Shown here one piece after another: positions 7,589 through 15,272 of a stretch of DNA of 48,579 nucleotides. The stretch comes from Candidatus Angelobacter sp. GTDB taxonomy: Bacteria; Acidobacteriota; Terriglobia; Terriglobales; Acidobacteriaceae. Where the stretch lies: the NCBI GenBank assembly GCA_036270475.1, contig DATBCN010000055.1, positions 1-48,579 on the forward strand, in the 5' to 3' direction. A program made the position numbers and the translations under genes. The notes below the pieces were generated by a model. It searched no databases. It was not told where the DNA came from and saw only the letters and a program-made list of their open reading frames with translations. How positions within the stretch are numbered: position 1 is the first letter of the stretch; each line of letters opens with the position of its first letter.

Positions 7589-10074
7589 TCGGCCCTCAGC
7601 ACTACCATGGGTTCAATTGCTGTTGCGCGTGCAGCGATTACCAGGCTGGTCAAGAAAGCAATTGTTACAAGAAGCAGGGCTGCGGTTGCAAGAATTCCTA
7701 TGGTAGCGTCGGGCGTATTATAAATTAACGTACCAAGGAATTTAGCCAGAAAAATACTGGCTGCCGAGCCAAGCAGGATGCCAATGGCCACCAGCCCAAC
7801 CCCCTGTTTTACGATCAAACCTATTACCTGCGGCCTTTTGGCCCCTACAGCTACTCTCATGGCGATCTCCCTGGTACGCAAAATTAGCTGATAACTCAAT
7901 ATTCCATACAAACCCACCGCGGTCAGCAGCAGGGCAAAGGCCCCAAAAGCGCCAATCAATGACACATAAAAACGCGGCCGGGCCAAGGAAGTTGACACAA
8001 CCTGGGTCAGAGGCCGCAAGGACACTATCGCCAGATCGCGGTCAGCCCCGGTCAAGGCATGACGGAGCGATTCATAAACGTTGGCATATCTGTCAGAGCG
8101 GACAACAATCGAGGTTGGAAACAACCGGTTCATGAACGCCGTAATCTGGTCCGGCGCCTGTTTGGGATCAATAAAGACGGTGGGCGGTGGAAGTTTTTCC
8201 AGTCCTGTCTGCCGGACATCGGCAACCACCCCAATGACTTCACGCGGAACATCAGAAAACTGGCTGCCCAATTCGCTTCCCATCGCCACCATTTTTCCGA
8301 GTGGTGATTGATTGGGCCACCATTGCCGCGCCAGCCCCTCGCTCACGATTGCTACTGGCTTGTTGCCGCGATCATCGCGGTCTGAAAAAAATCTTCCGGC
8401 AAGGAGTGGTATACGAAGAGTGCGAAAATAATTGGCACTGACAACTCGAAACTGGGATTCTCCATACGGGCTGCTGTCCTGGACATCGGCGGGATACATG
8501 GGTATGCCCAGCCCCTGTTCCAGCGGCAAGCCGTTGATGCTGGCGACCGACTCCACTCCGGGAACATCTTTTAGCTGGGCGATCACTCTGTCCAGGAGCT
8601 GCGCCGTGGCTGCGGTTGTTGTATAGCGATCAGGCGCCAGGGAAATCTGCCCCACGGAAACGTTGTGCGGGTCAAAGCCTGGCTGGACCGATTGCAGCTT
8701 TAAAAAGTTTTGCAACAATGAAGCGGTCCCCGCCAGCAGGAGTAACGTCAGGGAAGTCTGGGCTGTAACGAGCATCCGGCCAAGCCGCGTCTGCTGGATA
8801 CTGTGACTGCCGGTTTGGGCGGATTGACGGATCATATCGTTCAAACTAACGCGGGACATCCTGATGGCCGGCGTGAGCCCGGATAAAACCGCCGTTGCCA
8901 CGGAGATAGTCAACACAAACAGGAGCACGTGCATGTCCATCCTGATCGTGCCGCTGAGCGGCAAGTCCGCCGGCACAAACCAACTGATGAAGGGAATCAG
9001 CTCCTTGCCGGCAATACTGCCAATTACTCCGCCAGTTATGCAGATTAGGATTCCATCCATCAGGAAAGTCCGGATCAACCGCCGCCTGCTGGATCCCAAA
9101 GCCGCCCTGATGGCAAACTCGTGGCCGCGGGCGGCGCCGCGAACAGTGAGGCATAGAGCCAGATTGGTGCATGTAATCAAAAGGACGAATATGACTGCGC
9201 CAAATAAGGAGAGAATACTTTTACGGACGCCCGAAACGATAAAATCCTGCAACTGATCTGGCGCCAGAGAAATGTCATCTGCTATGGAACGCACTGGATA
9301 AGTAAGGCGATAGTCTGCCGTCGAGGCCAATTCCTGCCGGGCATCCTGGAGGCTGATTCCGTCTCTCAAGCGCGCAATGACACGATACTCGTTTCCCGCA
9401 TCGAGAGTGGCCGAACTCAAAGGGAGCGGCAGCCACAGGTCCGCATCCGGATATGACTGAAACCCTTTTTGCATAATGCCCACGATGGAGTAGGGTTCCC
9501 CATTGATGTGAATTTCGCTTCCTACTGCGGACGCATCCTTGTTGTAATCCTGTTCCCACAAACCATAGCTCAGGATCACCACCCGTGGTCCGCCAGCCTG
9601 TTCTTCGTTTGGACTGAATTCTCTGCCCAGCACGGGGGAGGAGCCAAGGGTGCGAAAGAATTCCAGGGAAACCTGTTGCGCTTGCTTATATTGTGGCGAT
9701 CCCATGGCCGCCACGTTTACACCTGCATTCACACCCGCGTTTACGCCATGGACCGCGGCAATATCTCTAAAGGAACGCGAGCGTTCTTTCAGCATGAAAA
9801 ATGCTGGCGCCGAAATGTCTCTGGTTAGCCGTCCCTGGGAATTGTGCCAGGTGATAATCACCAGCCGGTCAGGGCTTATATAAGGTAGAGGGCGCAATAG
9901 GGAAGCGTTGACGATGCTGAAAACGATGGTGTTCGCGGCGATTCCCAGAGCGAGAGTAATGATTCCCATAGCGGCAAAACCGGGCGTCTTTTGGAGCGAA
10001 CGCATGGAATAGGATATGTCTTGAAGAAGCGTTCGCATTACCCTTACCGGCCCTCCTCTCTGCTTCACAAACAA
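7585..10074 (-). CDS. MacB/FtsX-type ABC transporter permease, duplicated orphan (ADOP-like) family
   Basis: 829 aa. It has the same N-terminal signature as the 2102 gene (LLQDISYSMRSLQKTPGFAAMGIITLALGIAANTIVFSIVNA) and two FtsX-like TM blocks. It is the first gene of a permease-RR-HK minus-strand operon. Confidence 0.85.
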   Translation of the reverse strand: MFVKQRGGPVRVMRTLLQDISYSMRSLQKTPGFAAMGIITLALGIAANTIVFSIVNASLLRPLPYISPDRLVIITWHNSQGRLTRDISAPAFFMLKERSRSFRDIAAVHGVNAGVNAGVNVAAMGSPQYKQAQQVSLEFFRTLGSSPVLGREFSPNEEQAGGPRVVILSYGLWEQDYNKDASAVGSEIHINGEPYSIVGIMQKGFQSYPDADLWLPLPLSSATLDAGNEYRVIARLRDGISLQDARQELASTADYRLTYPVRSIADDISLAPDQLQDFIVSGVRKSILSLFGAVIFVLLITCTNLALCLTVRGAARGHEFAIRAALGSSRRRLIRTFLMDGILICITGGVIGSIAGKELIPFISWFVPADLPLSGTIRMDMHVLLFVLTISVATAVLSGLTPAIRMSRVSLNDMIRQSAQTGSHSIQQTRLGRMLVTAQTSLTLLLLAGTASLLQNFLKLQSVQPGFDPHNVSVGQISLAPDRYTTTAATAQLLDRVIAQLKDVPGVESVASINGLPLEQGLGIPMYPADVQDSSPYGESQFRVVSANYFRTLRIPLLAGRFFSDRDDRGNKPVAIVSEGLARQWWPNQSPLGKMVAMGSELGSQFSDVPREVIGVVADVRQTGLEKLPPPTVFIDPKQAPDQITAFMNRLFPTSIVVRSDRYANVYESLRHALTGADRDLAIVSLRPLTQVVSTSLARPRFYVSLIGAFGAFALLLTAVGLYGILSYQLILRTREIAMRVAVGAKRPQVIGLIVKQGVGLVAIGILLGSAASIFLAKFLGTLIYNTPDATIGILATAALLLVTIAFLTSLVIAARATAIEPMVVLRAE

Positions 10075-10159
10075 CCTACGCGGCCTGCAATTACTCCAGG
10101 CCGGGACCTAATCATAAAAAATCCTGTGAACAGCGGAGCACGTTCATAGTTCTTCCAGC

Positions 10160-10175
10160 GCATCTTGAGGGCCTT
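10160..10175 (-). promoter_or_regulatory. Weak candidate sigma-54 promoter for the permease-RR-HK operon
   Basis: The minus strand reads AAGGCCCTCAAGATGC. GG and GC are in the 12-nt register, and the GGCC-N6-ATGC pattern matches the candidates at 2043 and 10726. The T of TGGC is missing. The nearest dyad centre (10254.5) lies 82 bp upstream, the same geometry as at ADOP-1. Confidence 0.35.
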
Positions 10176-10246
10176 CCCTTTAAAAATCTAACTCCATTCG
10201 GTTTCAATTATTTGCAAGTCTATCAAGCAGTAAGTAGTCCGCATAT

Positions 10247-10282
10247 TGTCCATCCTTGGACACTAGTGTTCATCCGTGGACA
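10247..10282. promoter_or_regulatory. Dyad pair B: TGTCCA-N4-TGGACA sites phased 20 bp apart
   Basis: TGTCCAtcctTGGACA (10247-10262) is a perfect palindrome. TGTTCAtccgTGGACA (10267-10282) has one mismatch. Confidence 0.6.
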
Positions 10283-10431
10283 CCGAGAGACGAGGGATTT
10301 AATTCGTTAGCGGAAAAATGCATGAAAAAGAAACGAAAACAGCTTTCAATTGCTCAAAGCATCAGGTGAACCAGAAGACAAGATTCTTGGATATTGAAGC
10401 GGCTGACGAACTTAGCCGGGCATCAGCAAAT

Positions 10432-10467
10432 TGTTCATCTCTGGACAACTCTTTCCAGCGCTGGACA
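10432..10467. promoter_or_regulatory. Dyad pair C: TGTCCA-N4-TGGACA sites phased 20 bp apart
   Basis: TGTTCAtctcTGGACA (10432-10447) and TTTCCAgcgcTGGACA (10452-10467) each carry one mismatch in the left half. Confidence 0.6.
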
Positions 10468-10632
10468 CTTTAGCGTGACGATCACCTTCCCATTTCCATA
10501 AGCACACACAGGCAAGGGCAGCCTGAAATCTTTTTTACCGGCGCTAAAACTGTAATATTTTCATGGTCCAAAGGGCTGTTTCATGGTGGATCTGGCCGAG
10601 ACTAAGACTTTCTAATACTTCCAGTTGCAAGG

Positions 10633-10648
10633 GTGGCCGTTCATACGC
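10633..10648 (+). promoter_or_regulatory. Distal candidate sigma-54 promoter upstream of the lanthipeptide precursor
   Basis: GTGGCCGTTCATACGC has GG at 10635-10636 and GC at 10647-10648 in the 12-nt register. It shares the 9-mer TGGCCGTTC with the proximal candidate. The -12 element is poor (ACGC). Confidence 0.3.
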
Positions 10649-10725
10649 GGCTACTCTCAGGAGGCCGACCCTCCAGTCTCGGTAATCCAAGCCGTTTGCG
10701 CCAGAAAGGAATCACGAATACAGTT

Positions 10726-10741
10726 TTGGCCGTTCTCATGC
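10726..10741 (+). promoter_or_regulatory. Proximal candidate sigma-54 promoter of the lanthipeptide operon
   Basis: TTGGCCGTTCTCATGC has GG at 10728-10729 and GC at 10740-10741 in the 12-nt register. The predicted start lies about 44 nt before the precursor ATG at 10797. Confidence 0.5.
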
Positions 10742-10796
10742 TATTTAGCATGGGCGGGAACCCCCAACAAAATCTAAAAAAAGAGGAGACAAAACC

Positions 10797-10922
10797 ATGT
10801 CGAACGTACTGATGCTTCAGAGACTGCACTCCAACACCAGTTCTTCAGAATTCATGAACCTGTTTGGCAGCGCGGTAAGCACCGTTTGCCCCATTGGCGA
10901 TAGTCCGTTTCAGATGGAGTAG
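10797..10922 (+). CDS. Class III-type lanthipeptide precursor peptide (41 aa), not in the ORF track
   Basis: ATG 10797 is preceded by the SD GAGGAG (10783-10788, 8-nt spacing), and the stop is TAG 10920-10922. The product is MSNVLMLQRLHSNTSSSEFMNLFGSAVSTVCPIGDSPFQME. The leader carries VLMLQ, like the (I/V)L(D/E)LQ box of class III leaders. The core carries Ser-x2-Ser-x2-Cys (SAVSTVC). It lies 90 nt upstream of the synthetase gene. Confidence 0.65.
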   Translation: MSNVLMLQRLHSNTSSSEFMNLFGSAVSTVCPIGDSPFQME

Positions 10923-11012
10923 TGCTGACGGGGCTCTCTGTTGCGAAATGGGCGATCTAGTTCTGGCCGATTCCAACAGAGGGCCCAGGCAATTTAGTTT
11001 GAGGATAAAGAT

Positions 11013-13703
11013 ATGCGGAGCCGACCCAATCCGTTGTATCGCTTGGTAGATAAGGATTACCACGAGAACTTTGACGCCTATGCGCCACAGAAAATGGATT
11101 TTTGTGACCTGGTTTTCGCAGGTCTTCCTGCAGGATGGGGCATTCAGCGAAGAGGCATTTGGTTTCATTGTGGTTCGCCTCAAAACGCCATGCCCCAGCA
11201 AGGCTGGAAGATTCACGTTTCCGCAACGCCGGCGAATGCGCGTGATCTGCTGCAACGTGTGAGCTCTGTACTTTTTGACAGACGAGATACCGATTTCAAG
11301 TTTGCTCTCGACATGTCAACCCTGTTCCTGCTCAACGGCAAAAATTGGTCTCGGGGCGGATCAGGAAAATTTATCACCGTATATCCCCATGACAATTATC
11401 ACTTTCTTGACCTGATGGAGCAACTCTATCGAGTCACTGAAGGGCAGCGTGGTCCATATATCCTTTCTGACCATCGTTATAAAGACAGCAACGTTCTGTT
11501 CTTTCGTTTTGGAGGTATGCGCCTCTATGACGTGCTCAATGTAAAAGGAGAGCGCACCCCCATGCTCGTGGCCCCGGATGGCACAGAAGTTCCGGACCAG
11601 AGAACAGCATATCCAGTAACGCCATCATGGGAAAATCCTCCTCTGCCCCTGGGAGACCCGGCCACGCAGCAGGAATCCCAGGGAATGAAAGGTGGGCGTT
11701 ATCAGATTCAGGATGTGCTCGATTTTTCTAATGCCGGAGGAGTGTACAGGGCGATTGACCAGCAAACTGGCAAGAAGGTTGTGATCAAAGAAGCCCGCCC
11801 GTGCATCAATTCCACGTTCGATGGCTATGACGCTGTTGAGCTGCTCAAGAAAGAGCATCGTCTGCTCACCGTCCTGAAAGACACTGGCATTGCGCCCCAG
11901 CCGGTGGATCTCTTTAAGGAATGGGAACATTGGTTTCTGGTTGAAGAATTCATCGAAGGCGATTCCATGGGCGCGCACTCCGCGCAGCACAATGTGCTGC
12001 TAAGGACCAGGCCCAGACCGGAACAGTATGAAGAGTGGTATGCAACTTTTCGTTCCGTCTGCGTCAGCCTGGCAAGGATCATGGACGTGCTGCATGCCCA
12101 CCAAATCGTCTTTGCGGATCTCTCCATCAATAATCTTATTGTGCTCGCCGGCAAGGCGGAGTTGACGCTGATTGATTTTGAAGGAGCAAGCCAGATTGGG
12201 GTTGACCGCCCAAGTACGGTTTTTACACCGGGTTTTGTTTCAGAAAACCGGCTCGCCGGATCTAACGCCGCGTATGCGGATGACTATTATTCGGTTGGTG
12301 CAGTCCTGCTCGCGTATCTGTTTCCCATCAACTCTCTTTTTCATCTCAAGCCAAAAGCGAAGCGGGAAATATTGGCCACGATTCAGAGAGATGCAAAGCT
12401 TCCCAAGGCAATCGCTGATTTGCTGCTGGATTTGATGGACCAGGATCCTGCGCGGCGGCCAGTGCCTGCCAAAATGCTGGAAGTGCTGGCTTCAGAGCCG
12501 GTAATTGAAAAGCAAATTGTTCCAGTTCCATCTGAGCGAAATTTTGAACCATTGTTGAATGGCATCGTGGCGCATATTGAACAGGCTGCAACCTATGCAC
12601 GCCAGGACCGGCTATTTCCGGCTGATCCAAAAGTGTTTGCTACCAACCCTCTTAGCCTTGCCTATGGCGCGGCTGGAGTTGGATATGCGCTCACCGAAAT
12701 CAAAGGGACCCGCTCAGATGAGCTATTAGACTGGGTCCTCCGCCACAAGATTGCACCCCAAACTTATGCCCCCGGCTTATACGTGGGTATGGCAGGGATC
12801 GCACAATGCCTGCTGGAAATGGGCGCTGTAAAGGAAGCGGAAGAACTCTTCCAGCAGACATTTCGGCATCGTTTGCTGCATGACGCTCCCGGCATTTTTT
12901 ATGGGACCGCCGGTTGGGGCATGGCGAATCTCCGGTTCTTTCTGCAAACGGGCAATCAACTTTATTTGGATGAAGCAACCAAAGCCGGCAACCATCTGCT
13001 TGAGACGTGCCTACTGGCGCCTGCCGGCTGCTTCTGGGGCACGCCCAATGAGACGCCTCTTGGATTAGCGCATGGGGCCAGCGGCATCGCGGTTTTTTTA
13101 CTGTATCTCTACCTGGCTACCCGCAATGAGGTTTTTTTAGAAGCCGGACGCCGGGGACTGGAATTTGATCTCAGCTTTGCGGTGACAACCAAAGACGGCG
13201 GTCTGTCCTGGCGTCAAGCCACGCAAGGGCAGTCGCCGCTCTTTCCATACTGGCGATTTGGCAGCGCCGGTATCGGCATGGCTGTGCTGCGCTATGCCCG
13301 GGTCCTGCGCACGGAAAACTATCAATCAATCCTGGAAAAAATCTTTATCGATACTGACCGCAAATACGTGGTCCTTCCGGGAAAGTTCATTGGTCTGGCG
13401 GGAATCGGCGATTTCATGCTCGATATGCATCAGTTTACCGGTGAGGCCAGATACCTTGAATCCGCCATAAAAGCGGCTGAAGGCATTCAGAAATTCCGCG
13501 TCGAGAGACAACAAGGCATAGCGTTTCCCGGAGATATGCTTTCCCGGCTCTGTTGTGACTACGGCACAGGCAGCGCGGGAATTGGACTCTTTCTGAACCG
13601 TCTTCTGCGCCGGCGAAAGAGTGACTTCATGTTGGATTGCCTGTTAGAACAATCCGGACTGCTGCCATCGTTGCAGCAAATACAAGTATCGCAATCGGCG
13701 TGA
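11013..13703 (+). CDS. Class III (possibly IV) lanthipeptide synthetase: N-terminal phospho-Ser/Thr lyase, central Ser/Thr kinase, C-terminal LanC-like cyclase domain
   Basis: 896 aa. Lyase-domain marks are QGWKIHVS and GKFITVYP. Kinase marks are VVIKEARP (Lys), the FADLSINN catalytic loop and LIDFEG. The cyclase repeats are GLAHGASGIA, then WRFGSAGIG where zinc-type LanC has WCxG, then LCCDYGTGSAGIG. At least one zinc-ligand Cys is therefore absent, which is class III-like. Confidence 0.85.
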   Translation: MRSRPNPLYRLVDKDYHENFDAYAPQKMDFCDLVFAGLPAGWGIQRRGIWFHCGSPQNAMPQQGWKIHVSATPANARDLLQRVSSVLFDRRDTDFKFALDMSTLFLLNGKNWSRGGSGKFITVYPHDNYHFLDLMEQLYRVTEGQRGPYILSDHRYKDSNVLFFRFGGMRLYDVLNVKGERTPMLVAPDGTEVPDQRTAYPVTPSWENPPLPLGDPATQQESQGMKGGRYQIQDVLDFSNAGGVYRAIDQQTGKKVVIKEARPCINSTFDGYDAVELLKKEHRLLTVLKDTGIAPQPVDLFKEWEHWFLVEEFIEGDSMGAHSAQHNVLLRTRPRPEQYEEWYATFRSVCVSLARIMDVLHAHQIVFADLSINNLIVLAGKAELTLIDFEGASQIGVDRPSTVFTPGFVSENRLAGSNAAYADDYYSVGAVLLAYLFPINSLFHLKPKAKREILATIQRDAKLPKAIADLLLDLMDQDPARRPVPAKMLEVLASEPVIEKQIVPVPSERNFEPLLNGIVAHIEQAATYARQDRLFPADPKVFATNPLSLAYGAAGVGYALTEIKGTRSDELLDWVLRHKIAPQTYAPGLYVGMAGIAQCLLEMGAVKEAEELFQQTFRHRLLHDAPGIFYGTAGWGMANLRFFLQTGNQLYLDEATKAGNHLLETCLLAPAGCFWGTPNETPLGLAHGASGIAVFLLYLYLATRNEVFLEAGRRGLEFDLSFAVTTKDGGLSWRQATQGQSPLFPYWRFGSAGIGMAVLRYARVLRTENYQSILEKIFIDTDRKYVVLPGKFIGLAGIGDFMLDMHQFTGEARYLESAIKAAEGIQKFRVERQQGIAFPGDMLSRLCCDYGTGSAGIGLFLNRLLRRRKSDFMLDCLLEQSGLLPSLQQIQVSQSA

Positions 13704-15016
13704 TGCTCAAAATCGGAGGACCATTGGCTGAGAACGGCAATGACGAGAGCAATGGCGCCGTTGAAGAACGAGACGAACTAACTGGAGCGCTTGCAGACAT
13801 TTTCCTTAGGGTGCGTAAGAGCCTAATCGCCAGTGAGCCTGGCGGCGCTGCAAGTTCTGATGTTTCAGTTCAGGGTGGGGAAAGAATTTATGTCCCGGAA
13901 GGCCCACAACTCTATGACGGGACCTCAGGAATCGCGCTATTTTTGGCCGCCTACCACTACGCCACAAATAATCAGGACGCTCGCGATCTGGCACTGCGTT
14001 CCGCGGCGCGTCTGCGTTTCGCAATCAAGCAAAGTGCTACAGCGGCAAGCCTCGCCCGCCAGTCCGGCAATGGAACTGGGGGGCTGGCTGGCGTGGGATC
14101 TCTTCCGTACGCCTTTGTGCATCTTGCGGCTTGGTTGAAAGTGCCTGAATTTATTGATGCTGCTCGCGAAGTGGCCACCAATATCATGCCGGAACAGATC
14201 ATGGCGGAAGAACGCCTTGATGTTATGCGCGGCTGTGCGGGTACATTGCTGGCCCTTCTGTCCTTTATTGAAGAAGTGACCGCAATGGGCATGGACTGTG
14301 GCATCGCGCCGGACCTTGCCCTACTCTGCGGGCGGCGATTACTGGAAAAACGCATCTCGTATAATTCCGGTCCGCGGGCATGGTCGGCTGGGGATTCGCT
14401 TCCACTCTCAGGATTTGCCCATGGCGCGGCAGGCATTGCTTATGCCCTGGTCCGGCTCTTTCAATACACTGGACAGGAAGAATTTCGCGATGCTGCCATC
14501 GAAGGATTCGCTTTCGAACGTACTCTTTATATTCCGGAACTTCAAACCTGGTTCGATCCTCGCTGCAATCTGCCATTGAGCAAAGCTTCGTGGTGCGAGG
14601 GTGCGCCCGGAGTGGCGCTGGGTATTTTGGGCAGCATGATCGCAATTGATTCACATGCCTTACGCCATGATCTTGAACAAGCGCTCAGCATTACCCGCAT
14701 GCTTCCTGAAGGGCCAGTCGACCATTTATGTTGCGGCAATTTTGGCAGAGTTGAGATCATGAATATTGCGGGCAGCGTCCTGGGCCGGTTGCAGCTTACC
14801 GCGCACGCCCGCCAACTGGCCACGCAACTCCTGGCTCGCGCGGCCACTTCCGGCTTCCGCTTTCAACCCATTGATCATCAGCCCTCCTTACCTGACATGT
14901 CTGAAAATAATCCATCTCTATTTCTTGGGCTGGCTGGAGTGGGTTATACCTTGCTGCGGCTGAATTACCCTGATCTTTTTCCCTCAGTCCTGCTGCTGGA
15001 CACAATCGTCCTATAG
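13703..15016 (+). CDS. Stand-alone LanC-like lanthionine cyclase with a full zinc-ligand set
   Basis: ATG 13703 overlaps the LanKC stop (TGATG). The ORF track extends it to 13637. Motifs are SGFAHGAAGIAYAL (GxAHG), SWCEGAPGVALG (WCxG) and HLCCGNFG, which has Cys-Cys where NisC has Cys-His, as in three-Cys LanM cyclase domains. There are seven GxxG-type repeats. Confidence 0.8.
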   Translation: MLKIGGPLAENGNDESNGAVEERDELTGALADIFLRVRKSLIASEPGGAASSDVSVQGGERIYVPEGPQLYDGTSGIALFLAAYHYATNNQDARDLALRSAARLRFAIKQSATAASLARQSGNGTGGLAGVGSLPYAFVHLAAWLKVPEFIDAAREVATNIMPEQIMAEERLDVMRGCAGTLLALLSFIEEVTAMGMDCGIAPDLALLCGRRLLEKRISYNSGPRAWSAGDSLPLSGFAHGAAGIAYALVRLFQYTGQEEFRDAAIEGFAFERTLYIPELQTWFDPRCNLPLSKASWCEGAPGVALGILGSMIAIDSHALRHDLEQALSITRMLPEGPVDHLCCGNFGRVEIMNIAGSVLGRLQLTAHARQLATQLLARAATSGFRFQPIDHQPSLPDMSENNPSLFLGLAGVGYTLLRLNYPDLFPSVLLLDTIVL

Positions 15017-15076
15017 AACACTCTTGAACTATTTCATTCAATCTCATTCCTCACTCGGGACAAATGGCGCTGTGAT

Positions 15077-15112
15077 TGTCCGTGACCGGAATGGAGCGTC
15101 CAACGCTGGACA
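15077..15112. promoter_or_regulatory. Dyad pair D: TGTCCA-N4-TGGACA-like sites phased 20 bp apart
   Basis: TGTCCGtgacCGGAAT (15077-15092) has a weak right half. CGTCCAacgcTGGACA (15097-15112) has one mismatch. The proximal centre lies 60 bp upstream of the GG of the sigma-54 promoter at 15164. Confidence 0.5.
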
Positions 15113-15161
15113 GAAATAGCTCATGGAATTCAATTAAAGCTTGTTAATTCAATAAAACTGA

Positions 15162-15177
15162 TTGGCAACATTCTTGC
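15162..15177 (+). promoter_or_regulatory. Sigma-54 (-24/-12) promoter of the enhancer-binding-protein gene
   Basis: TTGGCAACATTCTTGC(A) is a near-consensus match to TGGCAC-N5-TTGCA with the correct register (GG 15164-15165, GC 15176-15177). It lies 96 nt upstream of ATG 15273. Confidence 0.7.
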
Positions 15178-15272
15178 ACATTCAATAAGCGAAAGTGAGT
15201 ACCAGACGGCCACCTGAAAAGTAGCAAGAAGCAGCCATCAGGTTTGCGAAATGCCGGAAACCAATATTCGCG

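Noticed and set aside
9715-9747. An in-frame GVNA-GVNA-GVN repeat in ADOP permease 2 (HGVNAGVNAGVNVAA).
   Set aside because: The codons differ between units (GGC GTA AAC GCG / GGT GTG AAT GCA / GGT GTA AAC), so it is not a recent slippage event or phase-variable tract. It is a minor loop feature.
10318-10473. A 51-codon ORF (MHEKETKTAFNCSKHQVNQKTRFLDIEAADELSRASANCSSLDNSFQRWTL) upstream of the lanthipeptide precursor. Its FLDIE segment faintly resembles the FNLD box of class I leaders.
   Set aside because: It has no convincing Shine-Dalgarno sequence and no LanB in the window. It is laid directly over dyad pair C, which is better explained as a protein-binding site. Its core-like region lacks a Ser/Thr-Cys ring pattern comparable to the 10797 peptide. 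It remains a very low-probability second substrate.
10641-11255. Minus-strand ORFs 10641..10829 (62 aa) and 10845..11255 (136 aa), which overlap the precursor gene and the 5' end of LanKC.
   Set aside because: They are antisense to strongly supported features, lack SD sequences, and have Arg/Cys/Trp-rich composition typical of shadow ORFs.
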